A stretch of DNA of 45,013 bases from Methanomassiliicoccaceae archaeon UBA354 (GTDB lineage: Archaea; Thermoplasmatota; Thermoplasmata; Methanomassiliicoccales; Methanomethylophilaceae), in the NCBI GenBank assembly GCA_002497195.1, contig DAMX01000033.1:5634-50646 (forward strand), given 5' to 3'. A program made the position numbers and the translations under genes. Position 1 is the first letter of the stretch. Each line of letters opens with the position of its first letter. Below are positions 28,264-37,679 of the stretch, piece by piece. Below the pieces are notes generated by a model that was given only the letters and a program-made list of their open reading frames with translations, was not told the origin of the DNA and did no database searches.

Positions 28264-28973
28264 AGTCCGCATCCTTCTTCGACGCAGATCTTGGCTACGG
28301 CCTCCATCCTGTCGACCGGGCCGGAGTACCTGCGGACCATCATCTTTCCCTCTTCGGGCAGCGCCTTCCTTAGGGTCTCGACCTCTTTCAGCAGCTCGGC
28401 GGCCTCTTCGGGGGCGTATATCCTGTGGGAGGCCGCACCCTCGGGCACCGAAGCCGTGATCGCGCATCCATGCTTGGCGGCAATGCCCGGCAGAAGGCTG
28501 TCGTCAGGTCCGAAAGAACCTATGCATCCTCTCCCCTTGTCCCATGAGACCGGACACCTGGCACATGTATCTCTCATCTCATCGAAAGAGATCAGCTCCC
28601 ATTCCGTGGTCCGATTCTCGGGCAGGGAATTCTTCAAAGCTTCTTTCCGGGAATCCTCGCCGAGCCCCTCGAAGTCCACCCATCCGGAGAAGCGTCTCTC
28701 CGAGAGGGGTTCCAGGGCGGCCAGGTCTCCGCCGTCGGTAAGGAGGTCGATATGTACGATGTCCGTGTCCTTGCTGAGCTTGTTCCTCTTGAGGAACGCT
28801 GTCCAGTCGCCAACTGCATCTACGGCGCACTGCTTCGAGACTGTTCGATATATTTCCGCGGCCTCCCCGAACTCCTCGGGGTTCCCCACGAGCACCCTTA
28901 CCGTCTTCAGCTTCATTTCCCTGCAGAGGGCGCTTTGGCACTCCGTCTCCCTGATCGCAATATTGATTCCCAT
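28251..28973 (-). CDS. Hypothetical Cys-containing protein, 240 aa
   Basis: Clean ORF, last of three co-oriented genes; CxxxxC and CxxC-x9-C motifs. Confidence 0.72.
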   Translation of the reverse strand: MGINIAIRETECQSALCREMKLKTVRVLVGNPEEFGEAAEIYRTVSKQCAVDAVGDWTAFLKRNKLSKDTDIVHIDLLTDGGDLAALEPLSERRFSGWVDFEGLGEDSRKEALKNSLPENRTTEWELISFDEMRDTCARCPVSWDKGRGCIGSFGPDDSLLPGIAAKHGCAITASVPEGAASHRIYAPEEAAELLKEVETLRKALPEEGKMMVRRYSGPVDRMEAVAKICVEEGCGLYFF

Positions 28974-28985
28974 CTCGGATCCACC

Positions 28986-29525
28986 TTATTCGCTGAGCTT
29001 TTCAAGATACTTTTCGCGGTTGCTCTTGTAGACCGCATAAGAAAGTACCATTCTCAGCAACATGATTATCACCAATATTAGCATTATCCCCAAAAAGTTT
29101 AGGGTGAGATCTATACTTTCAAGACCGAATTCGCTATCCGAGAACAACTCGGAAGTGTCGAGCGATACGGGAAAGGCGCCTCCCGGGAACACCAGGAAGA
29201 GCCAAACGATCGAGTATGACAAAGCTATGACCGTGAAAAGGACCTTCGCCTTGTTGCCCTTGACGTAGAAAGACGTCAGGAATGCCAGCACGATCACGGG
29301 AATGCCGTAGATCATGAACCTCCAGACCGTCTCCGTCACGGTGTTGAATATCCCCTCCATCTCGTCGCCCGCGCCCATCGATGCAACCAGGCCTTGCAGG
29401 AACCAGATTATCGCCAGCGGAACCACGACGATGGAAAGGAAGCTCAGCACGCCGGCCAGTATCCCCTTCCCCCAGGAGCCGTGCCTCATGTCCTGCTTGA
29501 GCGTCGTATCTTCGGTCATGGTCAC
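28986..29525 (-). CDS. Membrane protein, about four TM helices
   Basis: Four hydrophobic segments; overlaps the upstream stop; start GTG 29525 or ATG 29519. Confidence 0.8.
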   Translation of the reverse strand: MTMTEDTTLKQDMRHGSWGKGILAGVLSFLSIVVVPLAIIWFLQGLVASMGAGDEMEGIFNTVTETVWRFMIYGIPVIVLAFLTSFYVKGNKAKVLFTVIALSYSIVWLFLVFPGGAFPVSLDTSELFSDSEFGLESIDLTLNFLGIMLILVIIMLLRMVLSYAVYKSNREKYLEKLSE

Positions 29526-30577
29526 ACACCTCCCGCTTCCATCACCTGCTTGATAAGGTCGAGCATCTGCGCATACTCCTCCTGCGTAAGCTCGATCACC
29601 TCGGTGTCGGGCGATACGCCGATCTCGATGGTGTAATCTCCCTCGTCATATTGGTCCTGGAGCTCGTCTACGATGTTCACCGTTCCGTCGCCCATCTCTA
29701 CGGAGAATCCGCCGGGCCCGTTCACTATGGTGACATTTATGGCGCCAATGGTCGCCGTGACGTTAAGGTCTGACGGGAGCTGCTCTATCGGCTCGGTCGA
29801 AGTGATTGATATCTGAGTGGCGGCGATGTCCACGTCGGGGGCATCGGTGGTGGACTCGAACACGGCGGTCGCATATACGCTGGCCCCCGCAAGCCCGTAA
29901 AGGTAATTTCCGGAAATGTCAAATCCCATGTAGATGCTCATGGTGTCGCCCGATCCGGTGAGCATTATGAGCGCGCTGTTAAGGCTGTTGATGCTTATGT
30001 CGACGGGCAGGGAACAGGTCTCTCCGGTCTTTATCGTGGTGGGTTCGCTCTCTGCCACCCTGTAGCTCACAGTACCGGTGTCGTTGAGCTGGTCTACTCC
30101 GATCGCTATGTCCATCAGGTCGTACCTGAGGCGGTTGGTTATCGAGATCTCGGTGTACATGTTAGTGGTGATCTCGTTGCTTTCCTTCATTATCATCATC
30201 TGGGTCAGAACCGTGCCGTCGTTGTCTTTGAGGGTCACAGTGGTAACGCCGGGATGCAAAACGGCGTAGGCCTTGACAGCTGTCACAGCCGCGGTCACGC
30301 TGGCATCGTCATCCGGATAGATCGTGGTACCTGGTATCTTCACGCCGGCTTCCGTGTACGCGTCGGCGGGACCCTCGTGATTATCCACGGCATCAGAGAA
30401 ATTGTACTCCAATATCCCGTTGGATTCCGATACTTCGTATGTGCTTTCCGCTTCGAGCTTGATATCCAAAGGCATCTCGCCCGTGTTCTGCGGTATGAAT
30501 CCGAGTGCTACAAAAAGTATGAGTCCGGCGATTGCCAGGGCATAGACGGCGTGCATAATGACGCTGAAGGCCTTCAC
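29522..30577 (-). CDS. N-terminally anchored acidic, Thr-rich extracellular protein (possible LEA_2/WHy-like beta domain)
   Basis: One N-terminal TM segment, then a beta-strand-like D/E/T-rich sequence including ISITN..YDL...IKTGETCSLPVDISI. Confidence 0.72.
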   Translation of the reverse strand: MKAFSVIMHAVYALAIAGLILFVALGFIPQNTGEMPLDIKLEAESTYEVSESNGILEYNFSDAVDNHEGPADAYTEAGVKIPGTTIYPDDDASVTAAVTAVKAYAVLHPGVTTVTLKDNDGTVLTQMMIMKESNEITTNMYTEISITNRLRYDLMDIAIGVDQLNDTGTVSYRVAESEPTTIKTGETCSLPVDISINSLNSALIMLTGSGDTMSIYMGFDISGNYLYGLAGASVYATAVFESTTDAPDVDIAATQISITSTEPIEQLPSDLNVTATIGAINVTIVNGPGGFSVEMGDGTVNIVDELQDQYDEGDYTIEIGVSPDTEVIELTQEEYAQMLDLIKQVMEAGGV

Positions 30578-30661
30578 GCTCGTATATCGTGTTGATGCTT
30601 TAAATCATACGGCCTTTGCGATAGGAAAATATGATAACTTGACCGCCGATTAGGGCGTCAG

Positions 30662-31153
30662 ATGTCTGATATAAGGATAAAGAAGAGGAAGAGGATGAGA
30701 GAGAAGGATGCGAAAAATCTTTCGTCCGTTCTCGAAGAGGCGGCGGGCGCACCGGTATTCGGCGAAAGCGATCCGGTCGACACCGCCGAGAGCACAGATT
30801 ACGGCCTGATATTCGTGGGAGGGGACATAATCGGTCTCGTATTCGAAGAGAAGCCGTTCCTGACCATACGGGGGATACTCAGATACAAGCCCGCGAAGCG
30901 CTATGTCACGGTGGACATGGGCGCGGTCCCGTTCATTTCCAACGGCGCAGACGTCATGGGGCCCGGCATCACCGATGCCGACCCGGAGATCGGGGAAGGG
31001 GACATGGTCTGGATACGCGACGTTAAAAACGGCGCCCCCCTCGGAGTGGGCGTCGCCCTCCGCCCGGCGTCGGAACTGTCGGCGAAGATGCCCGGAAAGG
31101 CCGTCAGGACCATACATTATATCGGCGACAAGCTATGGAAGTCCGGCGAGTGA
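30662..31153 (+). CDS. PUA-domain RNA-binding protein (MCT-1/Tma20-like)
   Basis: VTVDMGAVPFISNGADVMGPGI...GKAVRTIHYIGDKLW. Confidence 0.92.
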   Translation: MSDIRIKKRKRMREKDAKNLSSVLEEAAGAPVFGESDPVDTAESTDYGLIFVGGDIIGLVFEEKPFLTIRGILRYKPAKRYVTVDMGAVPFISNGADVMGPGITDADPEIGEGDMVWIRDVKNGAPLGVGVALRPASELSAKMPGKAVRTIHYIGDKLWKSGE

Positions 31154-31506
31154 TCGAATTGTTCGGGAACAAGCGCAGAAACACCGAGAGGAAGAAAGTG
31201 TTCGTGGATCTGGAAGGCTACGGCGAACCCGGATATGAACAGGGGACCTGCGTCAAGGCGGTGGAGCTCAGGCATTTCACGGACCTGAAGGCCGTGACGG
31301 ACATGGTGTTCCAGGACAACATACTGATAATCGAGATGTCTCTGTTCTCCGACGGCGAGGAACGCCGCAGAGACGCTGTCGAAGCCATAAGGGCTATGGC
31401 GGACGACAGGGGAGGGCTCTCATCGGAGATTTCCGACCGGGTGATGGTCCTGACGCCGCCCGGCATAGGCATCGACAAATGCCGCATCACCCGAAGGGGG
31501 ATGTGA
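31150..31506 (+). CDS. sepF: Cell division protein SepF family
   Basis: DNILIIEM...GGLSSEISDRVMVLTPPGIGID; GTG start overlaps the PUA stop. Confidence 0.78.
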   Translation: MIELFGNKRRNTERKKVFVDLEGYGEPGYEQGTCVKAVELRHFTDLKAVTDMVFQDNILIIEMSLFSDGEERRRDAVEAIRAMADDRGGLSSEISDRVMVLTPPGIGIDKCRITRRGM

Positions 31507-31508
31507 TA

Positions 31509-32813
31509 ATGGATTTTAAGACCGTCCAAGACCCTCTTCACGGAAGCATTGTGCTGGACGGCGTATTCCTGGGCCTGGCCGACAGGCATGAGATGCAGAG
31601 GCTGCGATCGATAAAACAGCTGGGCATGGGCAGCCTGGTTTTTCCGGGCGCGAACCACACAAGATTCGAGCATTCTTTGGGAGTGTACCACCTATCGGGC
31701 CGTATGGCGTCCTCTCTGGAACTTTCGAAAGAAGAGTCCGATGCTGTGAGGGCGGCAGGAATGCTCCATGACATATGCCACATGCCCTATTCGCACACTC
31801 TGAGCGAGATAGGGGAGATGCGCTTCGGTCTTGACCACATGCAAGCGGCCAGGATGCTGATCGAAGGAAGGCTCAGAACATACAGCGAAAAAGACGAGGA
31901 ACTGTTCGGCGCGGAAGTGCCCATAGCGGAGATGCTGGGGGCAGCCGGGATATCCCCGCGGAAGGTCTGCGACCTGATAGCGTACCCGGAATCTCCCGCC
32001 ATGTGTCTAGAAGCCTTCTCCCAGGAGAACGGCCAGTCCTATTTTACTTCGGGAGATTATCTGCATCAGATAATCCACGGCCCGGTCGACTCGGACCAGA
32101 TGGACTATCTGGTCAGGGATGCCCATTACACCGGGGTCACCCACGGCGCCGTGGATACCGATCGCATAATCTCCATGATGCGCGTCTTCAACGACCGCAT
32201 CGTCCTGAACAGGGGAGGAGTCACTGCCGCAGAGGGGCTTATGGTCTCCAGGTCACTGATGTATACCTCCGTCTATTACCACGAGACGGTGCGCATCGCG
32301 GGTGCGATGCTCAACAAGGCCGTCGAAGCTTCGGACCTGGACCTCCGGGACATGTATCTGATGACGGACTCCGACCTGATATCGTCTCTTGAGGTCCACG
32401 GGGGCAGCGCAAGGAGCATCGTAAGGAATCTTATGAACCGCAGGCTTTACAAAAAGGCAATGGTAGGATACGTGGCAGACCTCTCCCCGGACCAATCCCG
32501 CGATCTGGCACAATATGCGTCTTATGAAGACCGCAAGATGCTGGAACAGGAGATAGCGGACTTGGCAGGAACGGACATCTCGGATGTGGCCGTGGACATA
32601 CCTTCCGAGTCGGCCCTCCTTTCGAAGATCAGTATCGGGAAGACGGACGTTTCGATACTGGATGGTAACAGGGTGCGCAGCATAACAAAGCTGTCGACGA
32701 TCGCAAAGGCCCTGCAGTCACGCGATACCTTCAGATGGGCGGTCCTCGTGTCCTCTCCCAAGGACAAGCGCGATGCGGTCGGGCATGCGGCAAAAAAGAT
32801 ACTGGGGATGTGA
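31509..32813 (+). CDS. HD-domain phosphohydrolase (dNTP triphosphohydrolase-like)
   Basis: DPLHG, QRLRSIKQLG, HTRFEHSLG, LHDICHMPYSH, DSDQMDYLVRD, VYYH. Confidence 0.92.
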   Translation: MDFKTVQDPLHGSIVLDGVFLGLADRHEMQRLRSIKQLGMGSLVFPGANHTRFEHSLGVYHLSGRMASSLELSKEESDAVRAAGMLHDICHMPYSHTLSEIGEMRFGLDHMQAARMLIEGRLRTYSEKDEELFGAEVPIAEMLGAAGISPRKVCDLIAYPESPAMCLEAFSQENGQSYFTSGDYLHQIIHGPVDSDQMDYLVRDAHYTGVTHGAVDTDRIISMMRVFNDRIVLNRGGVTAAEGLMVSRSLMYTSVYYHETVRIAGAMLNKAVEASDLDLRDMYLMTDSDLISSLEVHGGSARSIVRNLMNRRLYKKAMVGYVADLSPDQSRDLAQYASYEDRKMLEQEIADLAGTDISDVAVDIPSESALLSKISIGKTDVSILDGNRVRSITKLSTIAKALQSRDTFRWAVLVSSPKDKRDAVGHAAKKILGM

Positions 32814-33060
32814 CGTCATATTCACAATCTGCAGTAATGGGCACCGGGTACCGATAAGAAAAGAGCAGTTCTTGCTTTACTGGAATGCTCCTTCGTCCGT
32901 GAGGTCGGCCTGTATCGGAAGATACGGGCCTCCGGCACAAAATCCGGGCCGCAAAAATAGCATGCAAACGTCCCGCGTTCTAACGGAACCTGAGGGGTCG
33001 GATCATCACCGGCATAATATGTGAAAAATCAAATCAAAATCACCCGGGGACCTAACCGAC

Positions 33061-33678
33061 ATGGATATTATCGGAACTTTGATCCTGGCACTGTTGACCG
33101 TAGTGGCGACCAGCCTTGATGAGGTAGTATTGTTGGCCATGTTCTACGGCACGGCGCCCGCGGGAAAAGCCGGTAGCGAGAGGAGGCGTGCGATCGGGAC
33201 GGGCTACATTGCAGGAAGCATCCTGGCGGTGATGATATCCGCAACGGTGGCGTTGGGACTGGTGCATATTCCCAACGACCGGATGCTGTCATGGATAGGC
33301 CTGATACCCCTGGCAATGGGGATATATGCGCTTGTCCGCCCGAAGGGCGCGAAAGAGGAGCTCGAAGTCGCCGGCACGGTCGCCGCCCACACCAAAGGAT
33401 TCGGACCGGCCACGCAGTTCGCCGTTCTTGCGCTGATTCTAAGCTTCGATGATTTCGGGGTTTATATACCGCTCCTTACAGGCATGGAACTGGGCGAGGC
33501 TATGATAATGATCATCGTTGCGATAGTATGCATTTTCGGCATCGCTCTGGCGGGAAAGCATATCAGCAACGTCCCTTCCGTGAAGAGCATACTGGACAGG
33601 GCCGAGCGCTGGCTCGTCCCGGTGCTTTTCATTGCGATCGGAGCATACACGGTCATCGAAGGGCAGATTGGCCCGTGA
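33061..33678 (+). CDS. Cadmium-resistance transporter CadD family (LysE superfamily)
   Basis: ATSLDEVVLL, IGLIPLAMG, DDFGVYIPL and ERWLVPVLFIAIG match the CadD pattern; several TM segments. Confidence 0.8.
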   Translation: MDIIGTLILALLTVVATSLDEVVLLAMFYGTAPAGKAGSERRRAIGTGYIAGSILAVMISATVALGLVHIPNDRMLSWIGLIPLAMGIYALVRPKGAKEELEVAGTVAAHTKGFGPATQFAVLALILSFDDFGVYIPLLTGMELGEAMIMIIVAIVCIFGIALAGKHISNVPSVKSILDRAERWLVPVLFIAIGAYTVIEGQIGP

Positions 33679-33687
33679 TCGGGAAGT

Positions 33688-35139
33688 TCATCCTTTTACT
33701 ACGCCGATGGGCGACAGCTTGGCCACCTTGGAGGAGATCCCCGCTCCGCACACGACCTGTATTACCATGTCTATATCCTTGTAGGCTTCCGGAGCCTCTT
33801 CGGTGAGGCCCTCGTCGGACCCGCTGAGAAGCACGATGTCCATGTCGGCCAGGTCCCTCTTTATGTTCGCGGCCGTGTTGCCATGGGATGCGGACTTCCT
33901 CGACATCTTCCTTCCGGCGCCGTGGCATGTCGAACCGAAAGTCTGCTCCATTGCGCCCTTCTGTCCGAGAAGTACGTACGTACCGGAGCTCATATCTCCG
34001 GGTATTATCACGGGCTGGCCCACGTCCCTGTACTTCTGGGTGATCTCTTTCCGTCCTGCCGCGAAAGCTCTGGTGGCGCCCTTCCTGTGGACGACCACTT
34101 CCCTGTTGCTCCCCTCCACGGCATGGGTCTCTTTTTTCGCGATGTTGTGGGCCACGTCGTAGACGAGCCCCATCCCCATATCCTCCGCAGACCGGTCCAT
34201 CACCTTTTCGAAAGACTCTCTGACCCAATGCATTATCATCTGCCGGTTGGCCCAGGCGTAGTTGGCGCCGCAGCACATGGCCTTGTAGTAATCGTCGCCT
34301 GCCTTCGATTTCAGAGGGGCGCACGCAAGCTGCCTGTCGGGAAGGCCGATCTTGTTATCCGAGATGTAGCGTTCCATCTCCTGCAGATAATCCGTGGCGA
34401 TCTGGTGACCGCACCCTCTGGACCCGCAATGCACCGTTATCGTGACGGCCCCCTTCTCGAGTCCGAAGGCCTTGGCGGCCTTCTCGTCGAAGATCTCGTC
34501 GACAACGTCCAGTTCGAGGAAGTGGTTGCCGGACCCGAGGGAGCCCAGCTGGGGAAGCCCCCTCTTCCTGGCCCTGTCGCTGACCAGCGAAGGGTCGGCA
34601 TCCTTCATGCATCCTCCCTCTTCCGTTGTCTCCAGGTCGCTCTCCCATCCGTAGCCGTTCTCGACCGCCCATTCCGAACCGCAGAGGAGGACCTCGTCCA
34701 ATTCTCTGCTGCCGAGTCTGGTGAGGCCTTTGGAACCCAGGCCGGAGGGGACGTTCGCGTAGAGCTCCTCCATAAGGCGTTTCCTGTTCCCGCCTATGTC
34801 CTCTACCGTGAGGTCGGTCTTTATAAGACGCACTCCGCAGTTTATGTCGAAACCTATGCCTCCGGGAGATATGCTCCCCTCGTCCGCGTCCACTGCGGCG
34901 ACGCCTCCGATGGGGAAGCCATATCCCCAGTGTATGTCGGGCATTGCCAGGGAATTACCGACTATGCCGGGGAGGCATGCGACGTTGGCGGCCTGTGCCG
35001 GAGCGTTGTCGGAACGTATCTGAGGGATCATTTCGCTGCTGGCATATATCACGGCATCCGTGCGCATGCAGGCGACTTCGCCCTTGGGTATGCGCCACCT
35101 GTAATCGTCGATCTTTTCGAGGGTGCCGTTCCATGCCAT
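33688..35139 (-). CDS. rtcB: tRNA-splicing/RNA repair ligase RtcB
   Basis: MPDIHWGYGFPIGG, GFDINCG, GSGNHFLE, HCGSRG, HNIAK, HRKGATR, HGAGR. Confidence 0.97.
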   Translation of the reverse strand: MAWNGTLEKIDDYRWRIPKGEVACMRTDAVIYASSEMIPQIRSDNAPAQAANVACLPGIVGNSLAMPDIHWGYGFPIGGVAAVDADEGSISPGGIGFDINCGVRLIKTDLTVEDIGGNRKRLMEELYANVPSGLGSKGLTRLGSRELDEVLLCGSEWAVENGYGWESDLETTEEGGCMKDADPSLVSDRARKRGLPQLGSLGSGNHFLELDVVDEIFDEKAAKAFGLEKGAVTITVHCGSRGCGHQIATDYLQEMERYISDNKIGLPDRQLACAPLKSKAGDDYYKAMCCGANYAWANRQMIMHWVRESFEKVMDRSAEDMGMGLVYDVAHNIAKKETHAVEGSNREVVVHRKGATRAFAAGRKEITQKYRDVGQPVIIPGDMSSGTYVLLGQKGAMEQTFGSTCHGAGRKMSRKSASHGNTAANIKRDLADMDIVLLSGSDEGLTEEAPEAYKDIDMVIQVVCGAGISSKVAKLSPIGVVKG

Positions 35140-35162
35140 AGTTTAACTCCTTAAAAAGTAGG

Positions 35163-35237
35163 GGCCGGGACCGAGATTTGAACCCGAGTCGGGGGATCCA
35201 CAGTCCCCCAGGATAACCAAGCTACCCTATCCCGGCC
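35163..35237 (-). tRNA. tRNA-His (GUG), with encoded G-1 and no intron
   Basis: Reverse complement G-GCCGGGA...GGGGA-CTGTGGA-TCCCC...TCGGG-TTCAAAT-CTCGG-TCCCGGC-C; G-1:C73 identity pair; 3' end reads CCT, so CCA is not fully encoded. Confidence 0.95.
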
Positions 35238-35356
35238 ATGTACTGAGCGCTTGATAGATTGAATGTACATAAAGATTCTTGCTTGGGGACGTCGGTCATT
35301 CACCGATCGCAGCTTCAGGCACCACCCTTATTATAGGAACAAAATCATCTGAGCCC

Positions 35357-36271
35357 ATGGCCAAGAGGGATCTAATTTCAGTAGTGGACATGCAGGACAA
35401 ATGGCCCGAGCTTGTCGATCTGGCGATACAGATGAAGCAGGAGCGCGGAAACCACGGGGACCCGCTGACAGGAAAGACCCTCGCAATGATATTCGAAAAA
35501 CCCAGTACCCGGACGCGAATATCTTTTGATGTGGCTATCACGGAGCTCGGAGGGCACGCGCTTTACATCGACGAATCCAAGATGCAGATGGACCACGGAG
35601 AGACGGTCGAAGATACGGCAAAGGTCATGAGCAGATTCGTCCACGGGATAATGTACCGTGCAAAGGACTACAAGACCATGGACAAGTTCGGCGAGTTCGC
35701 TTCCGTGCCCGTCATAAGCGGGCTGGACAACCTCGAGCACCCGTGCCAGGCCCTTGCGGACATGGTCACGATCAAAGAGAGGAAAGGCGGATTCCGCGGA
35801 AAGAAGCTCGTCTACCTCGGAGACGGAAACAATGTGTGCAACTCCCTGCTCTACGCCTCGGCGATACTCGGACTGGACATGGTAGCATGCTGCCCCGCCG
35901 TCAGGATGCCCAACGCCGAGATAATGTTGAAGGCCTCACGCATAGCGGACGAGAACGGAAGCAAGATTATCGCGTCCCACGACCCGAAAGAGGCGTGCGT
36001 GGACGCCGACATCCTCTACACGGACACATGGATATCCATGGGTGACGAGACGCCTGTGGAGGAGGCGTTCAGGATATTCAAGATGTACCAGATAAACAGA
36101 GAGCTCCTGGATATCGCCAAGCCCGACTGCATCGTGATGCACTGCCTGCCCGCTCACAGGGGACAGGAGATAGCCTCCGAAGTGATAGACGGCGAACACA
36201 GCGTCATATTCGACCAGGCCGAGAACAGGCTGCACGCTCAGAAGGCGGTGCTCTACATGCTGCTCAAATGA
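35357..36271 (+). CDS. argF: Ornithine carbamoyltransferase
   Basis: FEKPSTRTR, EHPCQ, GDGNNV, TDTWISMG, HCLPAHRG, QAENRLH. Confidence 0.96.
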   Translation: MAKRDLISVVDMQDKWPELVDLAIQMKQERGNHGDPLTGKTLAMIFEKPSTRTRISFDVAITELGGHALYIDESKMQMDHGETVEDTAKVMSRFVHGIMYRAKDYKTMDKFGEFASVPVISGLDNLEHPCQALADMVTIKERKGGFRGKKLVYLGDGNNVCNSLLYASAILGLDMVACCPAVRMPNAEIMLKASRIADENGSKIIASHDPKEACVDADILYTDTWISMGDETPVEEAFRIFKMYQINRELLDIAKPDCIVMHCLPAHRGQEIASEVIDGEHSVIFDQAENRLHAQKAVLYMLLK

Positions 36272-37679
36272 CCTGGCAGGAAACAAGGTCCTCGACTATC
36301 TCGAGGAATTCCTCCTTCTTCTCGGGCGGGATTGTGGCACCGGCGGCCACGCTGTGACCGCCTCCGAAACCGCCTACCAGCTCCGCCGCCTTCTTCATGA
36401 CGGCCGAGAGGTTCAGCCCCCTGTCCACCAGCGCACGGTCGGCGCGTGCCGAAACCTTCACTCCGTCCTCCGCATCGGCGAAGGCGATTATCGGGAGCCA
36501 CTTTTTGCACCCGTCCGAGTTGAGCATCATGCCTGCGACGATGCCGACCACGGTCTCCTTGATCTGGCCCCCCGCGTCGAAGTACTGGACGAACCGACTT
36601 TCGCGTATCAGATGGTTATCCTTGACGTAGCTTATGGCGGCGGAGATGTTCCGCCTGTGCTCGGTACGGTTGCGTTCCGCATCTTCCAGCGCGGTGCGGT
36701 CGCCGCAACAGATCCTCATGCCCGTCTCCGCATCTTCATACCTTCCGCATGAGTTCAGGATCGTGGCGAACTCCTTCGCGTCCCTGAGCCCGGAGCCGGG
36801 TTCGAAACGCGGAAGAGTATATACTTCTCCGTACAGATGCTTCGCGTCGGTCGGGTTACCGAGCATTTTCAGGAGTTTTTCGGTAGCCCTCTTTTTCTCG
36901 GGCGGCGTTAGGTCGTTCCATGACCTGGGCCTCCCCCCGAAGTTCAGATCTATCCCCAGTTGGGAGAAGAACTTGACGCACGACTGCCCCGAATTCGATA
37001 ATCCTGGGAGCTCCGGGTCGCTGCTGTACTGCAGGAACTGCACCAGATTCCTGGTCTCCCTCCCGAAAAGCCTCAGATCCTTCTCCGTAACAATATCTCC
37101 GGCCCTCACGGCTTCGTCCACTATTGTGCGGTTAAGGCTGATCATGCCGGATTCCCTGCTGTCCTGGAAATCTCCCACCGCACCGATAAGTGCCAGATAT
37201 GCCATGTCGATGTTTCGGGGGTCCAGTTTTTTAGCCACCATGTACGTCGAACCTGAGCCGCTTATCTCTATCGACCCGTCCATTCCGAAGCAGTGAGGAT
37301 TCACGTGGTACACGGCAGAAAAATCGTCCAGGGTCGCCTGTCTTCGCTTACTCCTCGTGTCCGGTACATGATGATCCGTGATTACGAGGCCGTCCTTTCT
37401 GAACTCGGAAAGATAACCGCTTCCCAGGTCGCATACCCAGACTATGTCCTCGGTGCTGGAGTTTATTTTGTTCACAACTTCTTCGGTGATCTTCTTTTCA
37501 AAGATCACGCTGTGCCCGATTCCCAAACGCCCCAGCGCGAGGGAGGCTATCGAACCGGCGGCGATCCCGTCGGCGTCTATGTGCGATATCACGAGAGCGC
37601 TCTTCGCAGACGCGATGGCCTCGGCCGCCCGCCCGGCCGCATACTCGAAAGAACGAAGGTCACCAGATGTAACCGGCAT
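36264..37679 (-). CDS. RecJ/Cdc45-like DHH-family phosphoesterase with DHHA1 domain (GAN-like)
   Basis: HIDADG, DLGSG, TDHH, GAVGDFQ, DAKEFATILNSCGR, GGGHSVAAGA. Confidence 0.9.
   Translation of the reverse strand: MPVTSGDLRSFEYAAGRAAEAIASAKSALVISHIDADGIAAGSIASLALGRLGIGHSVIFEKKITEEVVNKINSSTEDIVWVCDLGSGYLSEFRKDGLVITDHHVPDTRSKRRQATLDDFSAVYHVNPHCFGMDGSIEISGSGSTYMVAKKLDPRNIDMAYLALIGAVGDFQDSRESGMISLNRTIVDEAVRAGDIVTEKDLRLFGRETRNLVQFLQYSSDPELPGLSNSGQSCVKFFSQLGIDLNFGGRPRSWNDLTPPEKKRATEKLLKMLGNPTDAKHLYGEVYTLPRFEPGSGLRDAKEFATILNSCGRYEDAETGMRICCGDRTALEDAERNRTEHRRNISAAISYVKDNHLIRESRFVQYFDAGGQIKETVVGIVAGMMLNSDGCKKWLPIIAFADAEDGVKVSARADRALVDRGLNLSAVMKKAAELVGGFGGGHSVAAGATIPPEKKEEFLEIVEDLVSCQVI

Noticed and set aside
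32731..33024. Small ORFs 32731-32967 (-) and 32773-33024 (+)
   Set aside because: They overlap the HD gene end and have no motifs or clear RBS
35140..35240. tRNA-His as an integration site for a mobile element
   Set aside because: No integrase and no duplicated tRNA 3' end noticed; flanks are core genes
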